Translations under genes and position numbers: made by a program
In this document: positions 50,523 through 63,717 of the stretch, piece by piece
Numbering within the stretch: the stretch's first letter is position 1
Layout: every line of letters starts with the position of its first letter
Assembly: GCF_001194135.2 (NCBI RefSeq)
Contig: NC_068982.1
Span: forward strand, 46,788,342-46,852,058
Reading direction: 5' to 3'
Origin: Octopus bimaculoides
Lineage: Eukaryota
DNA length: 63,717 nucleotides
Notes under the pieces: model-generated
Seen by the model: only the letters and a program-made list of their open reading frames with translations
Database searches by the model: none
Told to the model about the DNA's origin: nothing

Positions 50523-50676
50523 TATGGATCAAAGCAGTTTGATTCAAATTCCATACTACTTAAAGTTTCAAAGCTCATGAAGCTTATCGTTGGGCAGAAG
50601 AAAGCCTGATGAGAAGCCTCATGAGCTTTGACATTCTAAGTAGCATGGAATTTGAATCTAACTGTTTTGAGCCATA
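50523..50676. repeat. 63-bp-arm inverted repeat (55/63 identity, 28-nt loop)
   Basis: 50523-50585 versus the reverse complement of 50614-50676. Confidence 0.9.
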
Positions 50677-50681
50677 TATAC

Positions 50682-51052
50682 TTTCGAGCGAGATCGTTGC
50701 CAAACTTTCGAGCGAGATCGTTGCCAACTTTCGAGCGAGATCATTGCCAGTGCCCCTGGACTGGCTCTTGTGCGGGTGGCACATAAAATACACCATTTTG
50801 AGCATGGCTGTTGCCAGTATCACCTGACTGGCCTTCGTGCGGGTGACATGTAAAAGCACCTACTACACTCTCGGAGTGGTTGGCGTTAGGAAGGGCATCC
50901 AGCTGTAGAAACTCTGTCAAATCAGATTGGAGCCTGGTGTAGCCTTCGGGCTCCACCAGTCCTCAGTCAAATCGTCCAACCCATGCTAGCATGGAAAGCG
51001 GACGTTAAACGACGATGATAATGATCATGATGATTATGATCATGATGATGAT
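50682..51052 (+). mobile_element. RTE-type LINE 3' end with a 23/24-bp triplication
   Basis: CTTTCGAGCGAGATC(G/A)TTGCCA three times, then the standard tail and (GAT)n. Confidence 0.85.
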
Positions 51053-51417
51053 GTGTATATATATANNNNNNNNNNNNNNNNNNNNNNNNNNNNNNNNNNN
51101 NNNNNNNNNNNNNNNNNNNNNNNNNNNNNNNNNNNNNNNNNNNNNNNNNNNNNNNNNNNNNNNNNNNNNNNNNNNNNNNNNNNNNNNNNNNNNNNNNNNN
51201 NNNNNNNNNNNNNNNNNNNNNNNNNNNNNNNNNNNNNNNNNNNNNNNNNNNNNNNNNNNNNNNNNNNNNNNNNNNNNNNNNNNNNNNNNNNNNNNNNNNN
51301 NNNNNNNNNNNNNNNNNNNNNNNNNNNNNNNNNNNNNNNNNNNNNNNNNNNNNNNNNNNNNNNNNNNNNNNNNNNNNNATATATATATATATATATATAT
51401 AATTGTATATATATATA

Positions 51418-52670
51418 CAGGGTGTGATGGGTAAATTGTCACCATTTTATGTTTTTAATTTCACGCATGTACATTGATTGTTTTTAATTTTGTCGACTAC
51501 ACAGTATAGTAAGAACATTTAGGTACTGTCTCTGAGAAAAGCAGGACCATGATGCAATTCATTCTGCCAGGAATTTGGAAATGACATGCTTGGCATTTAC
51601 CCCAGAAGCTCCAATACGAACATTTCAAAGTGTTTGGGTAACAATCTGAGGACAGTGCAGAGGATTCAGAAAGAGTTGGATGAGTCTAAAGGTGATTAAG
51701 AAGGTACAGCAGCTCAGAAAACTCACTCTGATTGTTCTGATAAGAAAAGAACTCTTGAATTTGTTGGTGAGATCCAGGCCATGATTGACAAGGATCCTTC
51801 CAAGTCAATCAAGTTCATCACCAGGAAGATGAGAGTGTCTGAGTTTCTTATCAGACAGGTAGTGCATGAAGACATTTGGTATTCCTCATAAAAGATGAGA
51901 AAGGGCCAATTCTTATCCTGAACCATCAAGAACAAGGGGAAAGACCATGCTATGAAGCTTTTGAACAAACTCAAGCATCCCCTACATGCTTTGATTTTTC
52001 TCAGGCTCAGGTTTTTTCAGGCTCAGATGGTCAACACACAGAACAACCGTTGGCTTGCCATGTCCCCAAAACATGTATAAAAATCAAACATCCAGTCAAC
52101 ATCATGGTGTTTGGAGTGATCACTAGTGATGGTGACATTATGCCTCCATTCCATTCATCTTCCAACACAGCCTCAGACTCAACACAGAGGCCTACATCAA
52201 GAGCCTGGAGGAGGTAGTGTTGCCCTGGGTCAAGAGGGTAGCTGCTGGAAGACCCTATGTCTGGCAACAGGACTCTGCACCATGCCACACTAGCATGAGT
52301 ACCTAGTCATGGTTGACAGACAATTTCTGCAACCACTTCACTCCTAACATTTGGCCACCTAACTCCCTGACTGCAACCCCCTTGATTATTATGTGTGGGG
52401 TACAGTTGAGCAAGAGACCAACAAAACTCTTTGTAACACCAAAGATGAACTGATGGCAAGGATTATGGCAGCACTCCCCAGCTTAAACAAGGAGACTGTC
52501 CATAAGAGTTACAGGAGATTCTGAAGTCTTCTGGAGGCTATGGCTGAAGCCAATGGTGATTTTATTGAATAAATTTACTCCATAGTATTTCAAAATATTC
52601 TTATGTAATTTTGGTAAATATATCTGTTGAAATGATATGTCAGTGTTATTTTCATTGTTGCATAATTTAC
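51418..52670 (+). mobile_element. Decayed Tc1/mariner element, DD37D (maT-like)
   Basis: TA|CAGGGTG left end; MVFGVITSDGDIMPP, WQQDSAPCHTS and WPPNS(P)DCNPLDYYVWG. The two Asp codons (52271, 52384) are 113 bp apart, giving 37 intervening residues after one 1-bp deletion. Right TIR is degraded. Confidence 0.85.
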
Positions 52671-52849
52671 ACACACACACGCACACGCACACTCGCACAC
52701 ACACATATTAATTTGGTACACATTATCAGTGTCATTTCCAATGATATATTGAGTTGCTCTCTGAAACATAGCACTGTTATAACTCCATATGAAAGACCTG
52801 TCTATCTTCAAAACAACTATTTAAAAAATTTAATGCATATATTGTAACG

Positions 52850-54250
52850 GCTTCTCTTGCTTCAAAATGTATTTCAATCTGATGATGGGTTCCTTTAGAT
52901 CTAATTTATCAAAAATAATTCATTCCAGAAAGAGAGTAAACTATTGATTATTGGCTCAGTATTTGAAGTGTGATAAGAATTTGAATAAATTCTTTCATTT
53001 ACACTGAGTTAATAACCTCTGCATTTTTTCCCAGGATTTCCATCAGCATTTCACAGATCCACTAAAGAAGGGGAGTATTTAAGCCCTCTGGGAAGAGCTT
53101 TTTCTAAAAAAATCTTAATTAGTTTCTCCAACTTCACTATGCTGAGTAGTTTTCTGTATTTAGTTTTGGTCTTGCCTCAAAATAATTATAGAAACTGGTG
53201 TTTCCTTGAGAAGAATACTATCCTCCAAACCTCTTAATCTCCCGAATTGTCATGGAGCTTCACTTCAATCTCATAAATTAATGTAGAACTATCAACATTC
53301 ATCACATTCATATCAAAGCAAGTCATGTTTTTTTTGTTTTTTTTTTTACATTTGTAAACAATAACATTCAAAGCCTCTATTCTCATCAATTTCTAATAAT
53401 GCATCCAAATTCCCCCAAATTTTCAATGAGCAATCCATCAAAAATGCTTTAAGATAACACTTTCTTAATTTAGGTTTATTCAGATCCACCCAAAAGTTCT
53501 GGTGTATAGTTTCCATTCCATCTCCATTTCCATTTTAACACAACTGACCTTCACATTGATTACTCTGGTGATTTTCATGTTACTTTCATAAATCTTCCTT
53601 TTTCAATTTCCTCAGCCCTTTCTGTAGATTTACAGTCTACTGTAAAAATGACTCCTTTTTTTCCACTCTAAATACAAGTTTCACCAACTTCACAACACTT
53701 AGATGATATATGCTCATATCCACACAAGTGACATTTATAATCAGATTCATACATTCTTCCTCAAACATGTGACACACTGATATCCTCAGCATCATTCTGA
53801 CTTCCAATTTATATTTCTTTCTCTTTCAATCATTTGAAATTTAGAAATTTCAAATTGTTGAATGAATTCAATGCATAGATTACACCTGAGGTCACATGAC
53901 TGAAGCAATTCAGAAGCTTTCACATGCTACACAGACGGTTGCATACATTATATTGTTACAAAATGCAGCCTCCCAAACATCAACACAGCTTCCACAGCCA
54001 AGTCAGCAGCTGGGGAAACTTCAGGCCAGCCCAACAATCCAACTAGGAAGAAGTAGTCGTACTCAGCTGGATATTTTGTGCAATGTGGTTTTTCATCATC
54101 CTAGTTCGCTTTGACTGGTCACATCTCTGATTGTCTTTATTGCCAAATTCACGCCGACTGTAGTCCCTGATAACCTGACTTCACATCAACTGTTCCCATC
54201 ACCAAACTCACACCATGTGTTCACTCGCTAGTTTATATAGTGCACCTCAC
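52850..54250 (-). mobile_element. Possible L1/Tx1-like LINE 5' remnant (ORF1 zinc knuckles plus AP endonuclease start)
   Basis: CHLCGYEHISSKC and CI*SGKKG knuckle-like motifs, then MKIT..INVK, IWGNLDALLEID (GDFN-like) and EVWRI; all very degenerate. Confidence 0.45.
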
Positions 54251-54499
54251 AGTAAAAGCATGCACAGAAAAAAACCAAAAACAGGCAGCATGCTTTAAAT
54301 CAGTCATGTGATCAATGAACATTATTTCCCATTTGAATTAATTATTGATCCATTATTGGTTTTCTTTTGTAGAACTAGAGAACAGTATTTCAAATTTGAA
54401 TAATACCATTTAAAATTATATTTATCAGAATATTTCTCCTCCATAACAATATGAATCTCATTTGAATCCTATTATCTTTTGCCCTCCGCCCTTTAGTTC

Positions 54500-54735
54500 T
54501 AATTTCACCTATTTCAGAAATATTCTTGATAAGACAAAATTGAATTTTTTTGTCTTTTGGCAGTTTTTACTTCTGAAATTCTCATTACTAAATGATGATC
54601 TAGAAATATTCTATCCTTGGTCAGTTTATATCCTTCAAAAACAATTCATCAGATTTAACTTGACTGGTCACTGTGCCTGATAATTCCAACTTAAAGCTAT
54701 CATATCTACCCTGAAATGCAGATTTTCAGCAGGAT
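54500..54735 (-). mobile_element. Second fragment of the Gypsy RT region
   Basis: Shares CTGAAATTCTCATTACTAAA, TGCCTGATAATT and ATATCTACC..CAGATTTTCA.CAGGATTA with 50150-50340. Confidence 0.7.
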
Positions 54736-55860
54736 TAGCATATGCACACATGCATGCACGCACATACACACTGTTCCACATCTTTTAACAGAGCCTTACA
54801 CTCAATTCAGACAGGTCAGTGAATCTACTGGAGGCTGTAATCAATCCCTGGCTGGAGAGGGTTGATGCTGGAAGGCTATATGTATGGCTGTAGGATTTGG
54901 TGCTATACTTTCAGAAAGAGTTGGAAGTGGTTGTCAGAGAATTTCTACAACTTCACAGCTGTTTAGAGTAACCTGTTATCTTCCAGCCATATTCTAGTTG
55001 ATATTTTTTAACTTTTTAAAATACTTTTATTTTGGAATGGGATATTGGGATTTCTTTTCCTTTTATGCAAACTGTTAAATTTAACCCAAAACACCCTTTG
55101 TATATATGAAAGACACAATGTGTTAATTTTAAATAACTTACAAGATAAATTCTTGATTTCATGAAATTATCTTTGTTATATAGATAAACACATACATAGT
55201 TCGAAAACTTTCACACTCCTCAAGCTACGGTCCAAAAGTTGCAATGCCTGAATTATGAGATTTTGCAACATCCTCCCTATTCCCCTGATATCTCTTGAGC
55301 TTTTTATAAGCAATAAACATTCTTAAATAGAGAAGAGGTAATTGAAGCATTCAGATAGTTTATCACAGCAAAAGATGAATTTTAAAAAAAATATGGAAAA
55401 TATTACATAGAGAAACATTGGGTAAACGTCATAAATGAACATGGATCAAACTTTGATTAAATAGATCAGTTCTCTAACACTTCTGAAACATTTTATTGTT
55501 ACCTTTCAAATACAACATTTCATGTGAAACAACCTAATGAATATATATATAGTTCAAATTTACAGGAAACAAAAGATCAAGACAGGTGAGGCAACAACAA
55601 GCAGGTGTATTAATTTGACACTCAGGAAGAATGGAGAAGTTTTTGATGTTTTGAGCCTATGCTCTTCAACAGAAAGGGTTGAGAGAGAAAAAAATGGAAA
55701 GAGAACGGGAAAAATGGAGAGTTTCTGGCAAGCAAACCTACTCAGAAGGTTTTGGTCAGCCTGGGGCTATCGTAGAAGACACTTCAGAACCATATGATTT
55801 GAAAGTAAATTTCTTACCACAGACCCATACTTATACACACACACACACACTATATCTATT

Positions 55861-55898
<38 letters not shown>

Positions 55899-58800
55899 AC
55901 ACACACACACACACATAAACATAAGTACCATAAGTACATTCATATGCACATACATGAATACATAAAAAATATTAACACAACTTCAAGTTGTTTTACAGTT
56001 GCTAATATTTACCGAGAAGTAGCAAGTATTTGAAAGATTATTGCAAGTCCATACATGCTGTTTATACACCCAGGTATGTAAAGCTTCTATTGCTGATTGG
56101 CAATTTAATTTCCCAAACCAGTACTAATACACCTGGATTAATAATGAAGGACCAACAGCAGCGCTAGATCAAAATGTTTGTGACAGCAGCTTGTCAGAAT
56201 CCTACTTAGTCTATAGATATATTACTTCAACAACCTTTATGTGCTCATTCTTTTTATCAGTTTTTCTTTGACTCCTGTTTGATTTTTTTGCATTCTCTAT
56301 TGCTCTTTTCAGCCATCTCTTTTAGATTTTCTTTGAAATTTATGCTGTGAAGTAAGACTTGGAACAAATTATCTACTAGTAATCTTAATGTTATGTCGCT
56401 ATGGTAGCAAACTTCAAAGGTTTATTGCATATATGAAGATTAATAACACTTTAATCAATAATCTAATGAAAGAAAGAACAAATATTTACAGTATAATCAA
56501 TGACAAACAGCTTACAGGTGGGAAAATCTGATCGCAGGTCTTATGCCACAGTCAGGATTTAATATATTTAATGCATCTGGAATTAAAAAGTTACCTGGTA
56601 ATAATTACATGGTAAGGAAATATAAACAATATTAGTTCAGGAACTAATATCATAACCCCGCAATTATGGGAGACAACTCTGAACATGTTTCAGCCTTATT
56701 ATGATTTAAATGGCAAAGCATAAAATTCTTTACTTATTGAAGTTGTAATAGGGGAATCACAAAGTAAATGTACAAGAATGTACATAAATTGATGAAGAAA
56801 ATAGAAATGTGCAGAGAATAAATTACTTTGACACCACCTACATTGAAAAACAATTGTTAAACTAGTGTTATCATATTTAAAAGAAGAAGTGTTACAAAGC
56901 TAACAAAAAATAGTTATAGGTATAGGTGTGGCTGTGTGATAAGAAGCTTGCTTCCCAATCACATGGTTCCAGGTTCAGTTCCACTGCATGACACTTTGTG
57001 TAAGTGTCTTCTGCTATAGTCTTGGGCTGACTAAAGCCTCACGAGTGGATTTGGTAGATGGAAACTAAAAAGAATCCCATTGTATATATATGCATATATC
57101 TATGTGTGTGTATTTATGTCTGTGTTTGTCCCCCTTGACAACTGGTGTTGGTGTGTTTACATCCCTGTAACTTAGCAGTTTAGCAAAAAGAGACTGATAG
57201 AGTAAGTTCCAGGATTAGAAAAAAAAAATTGTCCTGAGGTCGATTTGTTCAACTAAAACTCTTCAAGGTTGTGCTCTAGCATGGCCACATTCAAATGACT
57301 GAAACAAGTAAAAGAATTTTCAGATATTACTTTGTGGTCTCTGCTAATATGAAGCAGTCCAGTGTCAGTAGAGTATCAGACCATTAATCCTTTCGGTACC
57401 AATGCATCAGAGACTACCCCTCATTCTATGATTTAATTCCATACCAAGATAACTTAAATTATACCCCTTCTGTCAAAACTCTGTATTAATTTATATTCCA
57501 AACATCACCTTATAATGGCAGAGTTATTTTACCAAATTCTTAATTATTCTGAAAATTTACTTAAACAAAGGATGTGTATTTCAACAGAAACATGGTAAAA
57601 AATTATTAACACTGTATATTCAGTTGAAAATTTCAGTTTGTATAATTTCATATCTTGGCACAAAGCTGGCAGTTTTGAGGGGAGGGGGAAAGTCAATTAC
57701 ATTGAACCCAGTGCTCAACTGGTACTTATTTTATCAACATTGAAAAGATGAAAGGCATAGTTGACCTCAATGGAATTTGAAGACAGGACATAAAGAACCA
57801 AAAGAAATTCTGCTAAGCATCTTGCCTGACACACAAACGATTCTGTTAGCTCAACATGCTTTCTTTCATGAACTGGAATATCGAACAATAACTTTGGACC
57901 ATGGGCTCAAGATTTAAACTATTTCAGCTGATATATATTTATGACCTATAATAGGAGTAGAGTATCACATATCGATATAACTTTCCTTACCTTATGAATT
58001 CCTAACTAGCCAAAACAAAGATGCTTGGCATAACCTTTTCCTTTTGAAAAATAAATGATGAAATTCAATTTTGCATGTCACATATATTCTAAGATATTTC
58101 AAAATATTAGAAACAGTGTCTTGCAAAATGATACACAAAGGAAATTACATTAAAACTATTACCTAATGACTAATTTTAATGTTCAATGTAGGAGATAAGT
58201 TTCAAAAGTTAATTATAGAAGAAAACGACAGTTAGTTAATTAAATTTCAATACATAATGTTTTTTCCTTGTGCAACTTTCTACTTAAAAGTTAAAAGAAT
58301 TTTAAGCAATGTTAAAAAACATTTTTTTTTTACACTTCACCCTTGAGATAGTACAAACTTTTAACTTCTGAGAGGCTTAACATTGTGTGTTAATCGCTAA
58401 TCTCATAAAGAATTCAAGACTTGAGTTAATGCTGCTGTACGATGATTTTATGACACATCAACTGAGTCGCTTAGTTGCAACCATTCTTTAAAATTCAATG
58501 ATTAATTTAAAAGATAGCTCTCAGTTTGAAGGTATACAAAGGCAGAAACATAATTAATAATTAACCAATAAAACGTGAGAAATATTGAGTTGAGACATAC
58601 ATCAATATTTATTGAAATACATAATACAGTTGATGTTGTTGTTGGTGGTGGTGATAGTGGTGTTTAACCCCAAATAAGTACTTAACCTTAGTTTCATGTT
58701 CAAAAATATTTCAGTCATGATCATCCTCATTTTCTTTTTCAGGCACATCTAATATAATTCTTTCTTATATATAAATGACAGGATTTAATTTGAGGAAGAC

Positions 58801-59089
58801 TTGGTCGCTATATCTATCAAGTTGAGTGTCTACATAGAAGTTCCCTTGAGCTTTTAGTTGTTTAATGTCTTCTACTATCAAAATGCTAATGTTGGCAACT
58901 CATTCAGGGTAAAATAAACACTTGTGGACAGAGGGTGCTGATGTACTCCATTTGTGAATAGAGGAGTTGATGTCTCATCAGGTGGTAAAGCAGAGCCTTC
59001 CATCAGGACACCAGGGGCTGCATAGGGTCATCCACTGATGTTTACAACAAAACTCTCATGCAACAGCATAAGCTTTGTTGAGTAAGATG

Positions 59090-59230
59090 TGAGTCTGGGC
59101 CAGATATTTCTACCATCCTCAATGCTCAATCTCGCTGCATCACTCATCTTCTCTCTTGAGCCAGATGTAATGGCTTGATTTCTCAGCAGCTTCTTGCTGC
59201 CTTTTGAGATTTTATGAATCCACTAGAAAA
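59090..59230 (-). mobile_element. Possible extreme C-terminus of a Hero-like RLE LINE
   Basis: QEAAEKSSHYIWLKRED resembles the recalled EAAEKASRWLW.KR ending; short match only. Confidence 0.35.
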
Positions 59231-59464
59231 TCTCAATTTAGAAACATTGGGCTGGATGGAGATTTAGGTTTCACATAAGCTCTGTACACGAGTTCAGAGA
59301 AACTTCACACAGACAATAAAACCAATGAAGTAGCCTCTGCAAAGTTGACACATCTGCTAGAAATAGCACCCATATATATATATCTCAAGTCATACCACAC
59401 TGCCTGAAAACAAGGTACTACATTGGATAATGAAGTTTTATTTTTTCGTTGTGCTTTATATATA

Positions 59465-59465
59465 T

Positions 59466-59527
<62 letters not shown>
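59465..59527. repeat. (CAT)n microsatellite
   Basis: Read directly. Confidence 0.95.
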
Positions 59528-59849
59528 TAAGAAACATAGATCTGTCCTCAAATTATTTTTTTAAATCAGTTGGTCTACAAACCATATTAACTGATATGCA
59601 AAATAACTGAAAGGCTTAAGTTTTTTGTTTATAGAATTCTCTAGTAAATGATTGTAGGAAAATAGACACACATGCACACACACACACATGCACACTCACA
59701 CACAACAGTTACTAAGGAGTCATAAGTGATTGTACTCTTGTGTCCTCTACAAAATAAAAATGGCTCCAAATTTTTTCATTCACTTCAAGTATCTATACAA
59801 CACTTAATATACTTATAACAGGACTAGAAATGAAAGTGCGAGTTAAGCT

Positions 59850-60080
59850 TGCTTGTAATCCTCCAGTTAAACAAATTCATAGACACACAAGAAGAAAGTG
59901 TTTGTTCTTGAAACTAGGGCATACCTTTGCTACGTACAAAGTATATCCGGACATAGTCAACACGTCATCATTTAATGTTTATTTTTTCTATACTTGACTT
60001 ATCTTGGACAGGCCCCACGATGTCTCTCTTCTTATCATAATCCTTTAACATCTGACACACTCAGCAACAGAGAAAACAGC
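59850..60080 (-). mobile_element. Possible CR1/L2-type AP-endonuclease fragment
   Basis: LNDDVLTMSGYTLY resembles the D..L.I.GY.L.R motif; weak. Confidence 0.3.
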
Positions 60081-60242
60081 AATTTTATAGTTATATATGA
60101 CTTTTTTTTTAATGGTTTTGCCACTGGGTGCTCTTCCTAACACTTTTATGGTGCAGCCTCATTGACACTATTATTTTTCACCTGGTAGCTCATATTCCAT
60201 TGTCTTGTGGCACTGAACATCTTCAAATGAAATCGTAAGATA

Positions 60243-60470
60243 TTTTGTTGGTGTCATAAGAATTTTATACATTTTCAATAAAATGTGAAATAACTCTTTT
60301 TTGGAACTGGATCTTGAAGCACACATAAAGTTTATAAATAATAACATGTTGGGCTGAAAAACTTTTTGGATAGAAAATATTGAAGGCTGCCCATGGGACA
60401 TGAATTTGCATCTCTTGTAAACATGACATGTGTTTCACAGGCAGCCTTCAACTTCTTCCATCCAAAAGGA
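60243..60470 (-). repeat. Third copy of the 23270-23790 tRNA-cassette family, with clear fold-back arms
   Basis: Arms 60364-60391 and 60440-60467 (TTTTGGAT.GAA.A..TTGAAGGCTGCC) enclose an A-box-deleted tRNA-like core. Confidence 0.7.
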
Positions 60471-60842
60471 TGGGTGGGGTTTTCACCCAGGTATTTACAC
60501 ACTTTATGTCAGCTTTAAGATCCAGTTACAAAAAAAGTAAGAATTGTTAAAATATTTGCTGGAATAATTAACCCTTTCATAACCATATTTTTGTTGAAAT
60601 ATTCTTTTATTCTTTTCTTTTACCTGTTTGAGTCATTTGACTGTTGTCATGCTGGAGCACCACTTTGAGGAGTTTTAGTCAAACAAATCGACCTCAGGAC
60701 TTATTTTTTAAGGCTAGCCCTTATTCTATCAGTCTCTTTTTGCTGAACCGATAAGTTATGGGAATGTAAACACACCAACACCAGTTGTCAAGTGATGATG
60801 GAGGGACAAACAGACACAAAGACACAATCACATAGATAATAC

Positions 60843-60923
<81 letters not shown>

Positions 60924-63064
60924 CAATTGGCTTCTAAATCCACTCACAAGGCTTTGGTCATTTCGTCAGCTTGAAGCTACAGTAGAAGACACTCGCCCAA
61001 GGTGCCATGCAGTGGAACTGAATCCAGAACCATGTGATTGGGAAGCAAGCTTCTTACCTCACAGCCACACCTGCACCTAAAAACTAATTGTGTATTAATC
61101 AATTGCTTTTAAATAACGAAGAATTTACACAAATAACTGTCATTATTAAACTGGTGTTTGGAACATAAATTAACCTGAAACTTCAGTAGAAGGCTTTAAC
61201 TTAGATTACTTTAAAACCAGAGGTTGTATCATAGAACTACGGGCAGCTTCAGGTGGGTTAGTATCAAAAGGATTAAAGAAGCTCAAATTCCTTTTCGTAT
61301 TTGATTATCAGCTGCTATAGTCATTCTCACTTTTCTATCAGTATTAGTAGTTTTGATGTTTTACAAGTAAAATGAAACTGATCTTTATCTTTTTGCTAAG
61401 TTGACTGACCAACTAAGAAAAAGTTAATTGCCTGAAGAAACACAGCAGGATGTTTATATTAGTGCCTGAACTCGTCTAGCCAAAGTTATATCACTTATTT
61501 TAATCTACAGTTTACTAGCACACAAAATCCTCCATAGCTACAACCATTCATAGAGTTAAGCAGGAATCCCTGTGATTAAAAGCTCTATGTGCGTGTGTGA
61601 ATGGATATATGTTTAGATATGTCACCATAATCATATTATTATAATTACTTAATTGATGTCATTTATTGATGTTGCCGCTGTTGGTGTTTTTATACCTTAT
61701 ATTTTTAGATTGAGTTCTTATAGCTCTATTTGTATAAGGTAACGATACTCTGAAGTGAATTGAACTGAACGATAATTCAAAAATCCATTTTCTAATTTTT
61801 TTATTTCAAGCTAGTGTATAATATATGGACTCTTTATGGACTCTTGAGTATGAGTCAGAAAATATAAGCTTAATCTATTTCTATCTGCTGAGAAGAAATA
61901 CAGAATGGGGGTGAATTTGGAAACTGTAAATGCCTAGTTGTCACTAGGCAACAATTCTGTTGTAGCCAGTATACCAGCAGGGTGATTATTGCATTAGAAA
62001 TGGTGAGCCAAACACGTAGCTCTACCACTCTCAAACAGAAGTTGTATTGACAACAGTTCAATGTGTAATGCAAATTAAAATCAGTGATCAACTAACTTCC
62101 AGCAGCTACAACACAGAACAAAAATAATGTTTTAAAAAAATATATATATGTATAAAGAAGAATTTAATGAATGAAATAAATAGTTTGTGTTTATAGATAT
62201 AAAAAAAAAAAAAGAAAAAAGAAAAATGAAATGAAAAATAAAATAAAATTTATTATCCTCATTTGAAAAGAGCTGAAATTATCTGAAACTAATAAATTAT
62301 TGATCAGCAATGTTTAGAGATTGTTATCTTGTATAAGGATAGGACAGTGAAAAGTAGAGAAGTGAACAGATGACCAATCAGAGAATGTTGCCCTGGTTAG
62401 CTGGATGCTGATGAAATATTTCTTGACATTTATTATTAACATCTCTGAGTGACATCTTATCAAATAGTGGTATATCAAAAGAACATCTTAGTATAAAGTT
62501 TTATAGATTTTCAGTACTGTTGTAGAATTAACATTTTGGCAGATATCCACCTCAGTGTTCTGTAAATGTGTCCTCATATTCTGTAAGCCTTTATCATATA
62601 TTTCAAAGTGTGATTTAGTCAAAGGACTCACACTCCCAGCTCAATAAAGAGCAAAAGAAAGACCAAAAAAAAAATCAGTAATGTTTTGAAGCTATGTACA
62701 ATTATAGGTTATGTTGCATCTTAACTTGAGACTCTTGCAGTAGTAGAAACAGAATCAATGCAAATACGCAAATCAATGACACAATATACCTGATGTATTC
62801 AACTGGAATATAGGTAGTATATTAAAATGCTTCCCTATCATAACAAAAGAGGATACTATTCATATAATGATTTTAATTGGATTAATCTATATTATGCCTA
62901 CTTGGGTGTGATGATAATAGAATTGGTTAGAATAAGGCCACACTCCGTGTGCAAACTCTTATTGTAGAGAGAAGGGGTAGAAGGGGGAATGACCTAAGCA
63001 TTTCTACCAAACAAGAATGCTCTTGCTTTTTAAAGCTAGCTGTTGTTGAACCTTCTCCATGTAC

Positions 63065-63157
<93 letters not shown>

Positions 63158-63268
63158 TATATGTATATATATTATTATTATTATTATTATTAAATAATAA
63201 AATGAATGGTTTATAACTGGTAGCTCACTGGTATAGCACGGTCACTTTCCCAGTGTTGATTTTGTATA

Positions 63269-63651
63269 TGGTAAATGAAAGACAAAAGATAAAAGATGCG
63301 AGAATTTTTATTAATCATGATAATTGTTTTGACACATTTATCATCGAGCTTTCTATCATCAATCTTTCATTTTTGCCTTTGTTTGTTTGATTTTGGATTT
63401 TCTATATAAATGAAGATATTTCCTTCATTTTCCTGCTTTTCTTTACATGAAATGAGAAGATACATTGCAGAACTGTTATTTTAACAAATTATATCTATTT
63501 ATCACCCAAAGAGACACATCTGAACCACCGGATGCTCCTGAACCAGTTGTTAAGTATCCTACCTGTGAAGGATCGATGTTAGATGTGTCGAAAAATTTGT
63601 CGTGATTAATAAAAATTCTCATATCTTCTATCTTCTGTCTTTCATTTACTA
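63269..63651. mobile_element. MITE with ~80-bp imperfect TIRs, TA-flanked
   Basis: 63269-63347 (GTAAATGAAAGACAAAAGATAAAAGAT..GAGAATTTTTATTAATCA..GACACAT...CATCGA) matches the reverse complement of 63573-63651. Confidence 0.8.
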
Positions 63652-63717
63652 TATATATACACACACACACATATATACATATATATATATATATATATGT
63701 GTGTGTATGTGTGTATA

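Noticed and set aside
62490-62640. 49-codon minus-strand open frame after a pyrimidine tract
   Set aside because: Atypical GAG acceptor, no good donor and no recognisable protein.
4485-63197. Most ORF-track entries (poly-I/Y/M/VC/SL or X-rich)
   Set aside because: They are translations of microsatellites, N gaps or SINE bodies.

Overview
This is AT-rich, repeat-saturated eukaryotic DNA with several N gaps. The SINE/LINE families and microsatellite load look like a coleoid cephalopod, most likely Octopus (inferred from recalled repeat sequences, not from a search). The only host coding sequence I can support is two small minus-strand exons (32271-32311 and 17368-17486), absent from the ORF track. 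They splice in frame into the N-terminal part of a TTLL6/TTLL13-type tubulin polyglutamylase, so much or all of the window is probably intron. The rest is transposon debris: a frameshifted hAT transposase abutting a 50-bp minisatellite, scattered Penelope-like (PLE) RT and GIY-YIG pieces, a decayed Gypsy pol with nested insertions, a DD37D Tc1/mariner remnant, RTE, RLE-type and L1/Tx1-like LINE fragments, dozens of tRNA-derived SINEs and several MITE types. The most interesting signals are: (1) hammerhead-ribozyme-like motifs, one with an intact core in the host pre-mRNA sense inside a 172-bp inverted repeat, and two in circularly permuted ~350-bp retrozyme-like units; (2) a family of tRNA-like cassettes enclosed in fold-back arms; (3) oppositely oriented SINEs bracketing the 119-nt TTLL exon; (4) a 1.1-kb long-TIR fold-back transposon with an 8-bp TSD. 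Repeat boundaries were read by eye and are approximate; no database search was run.
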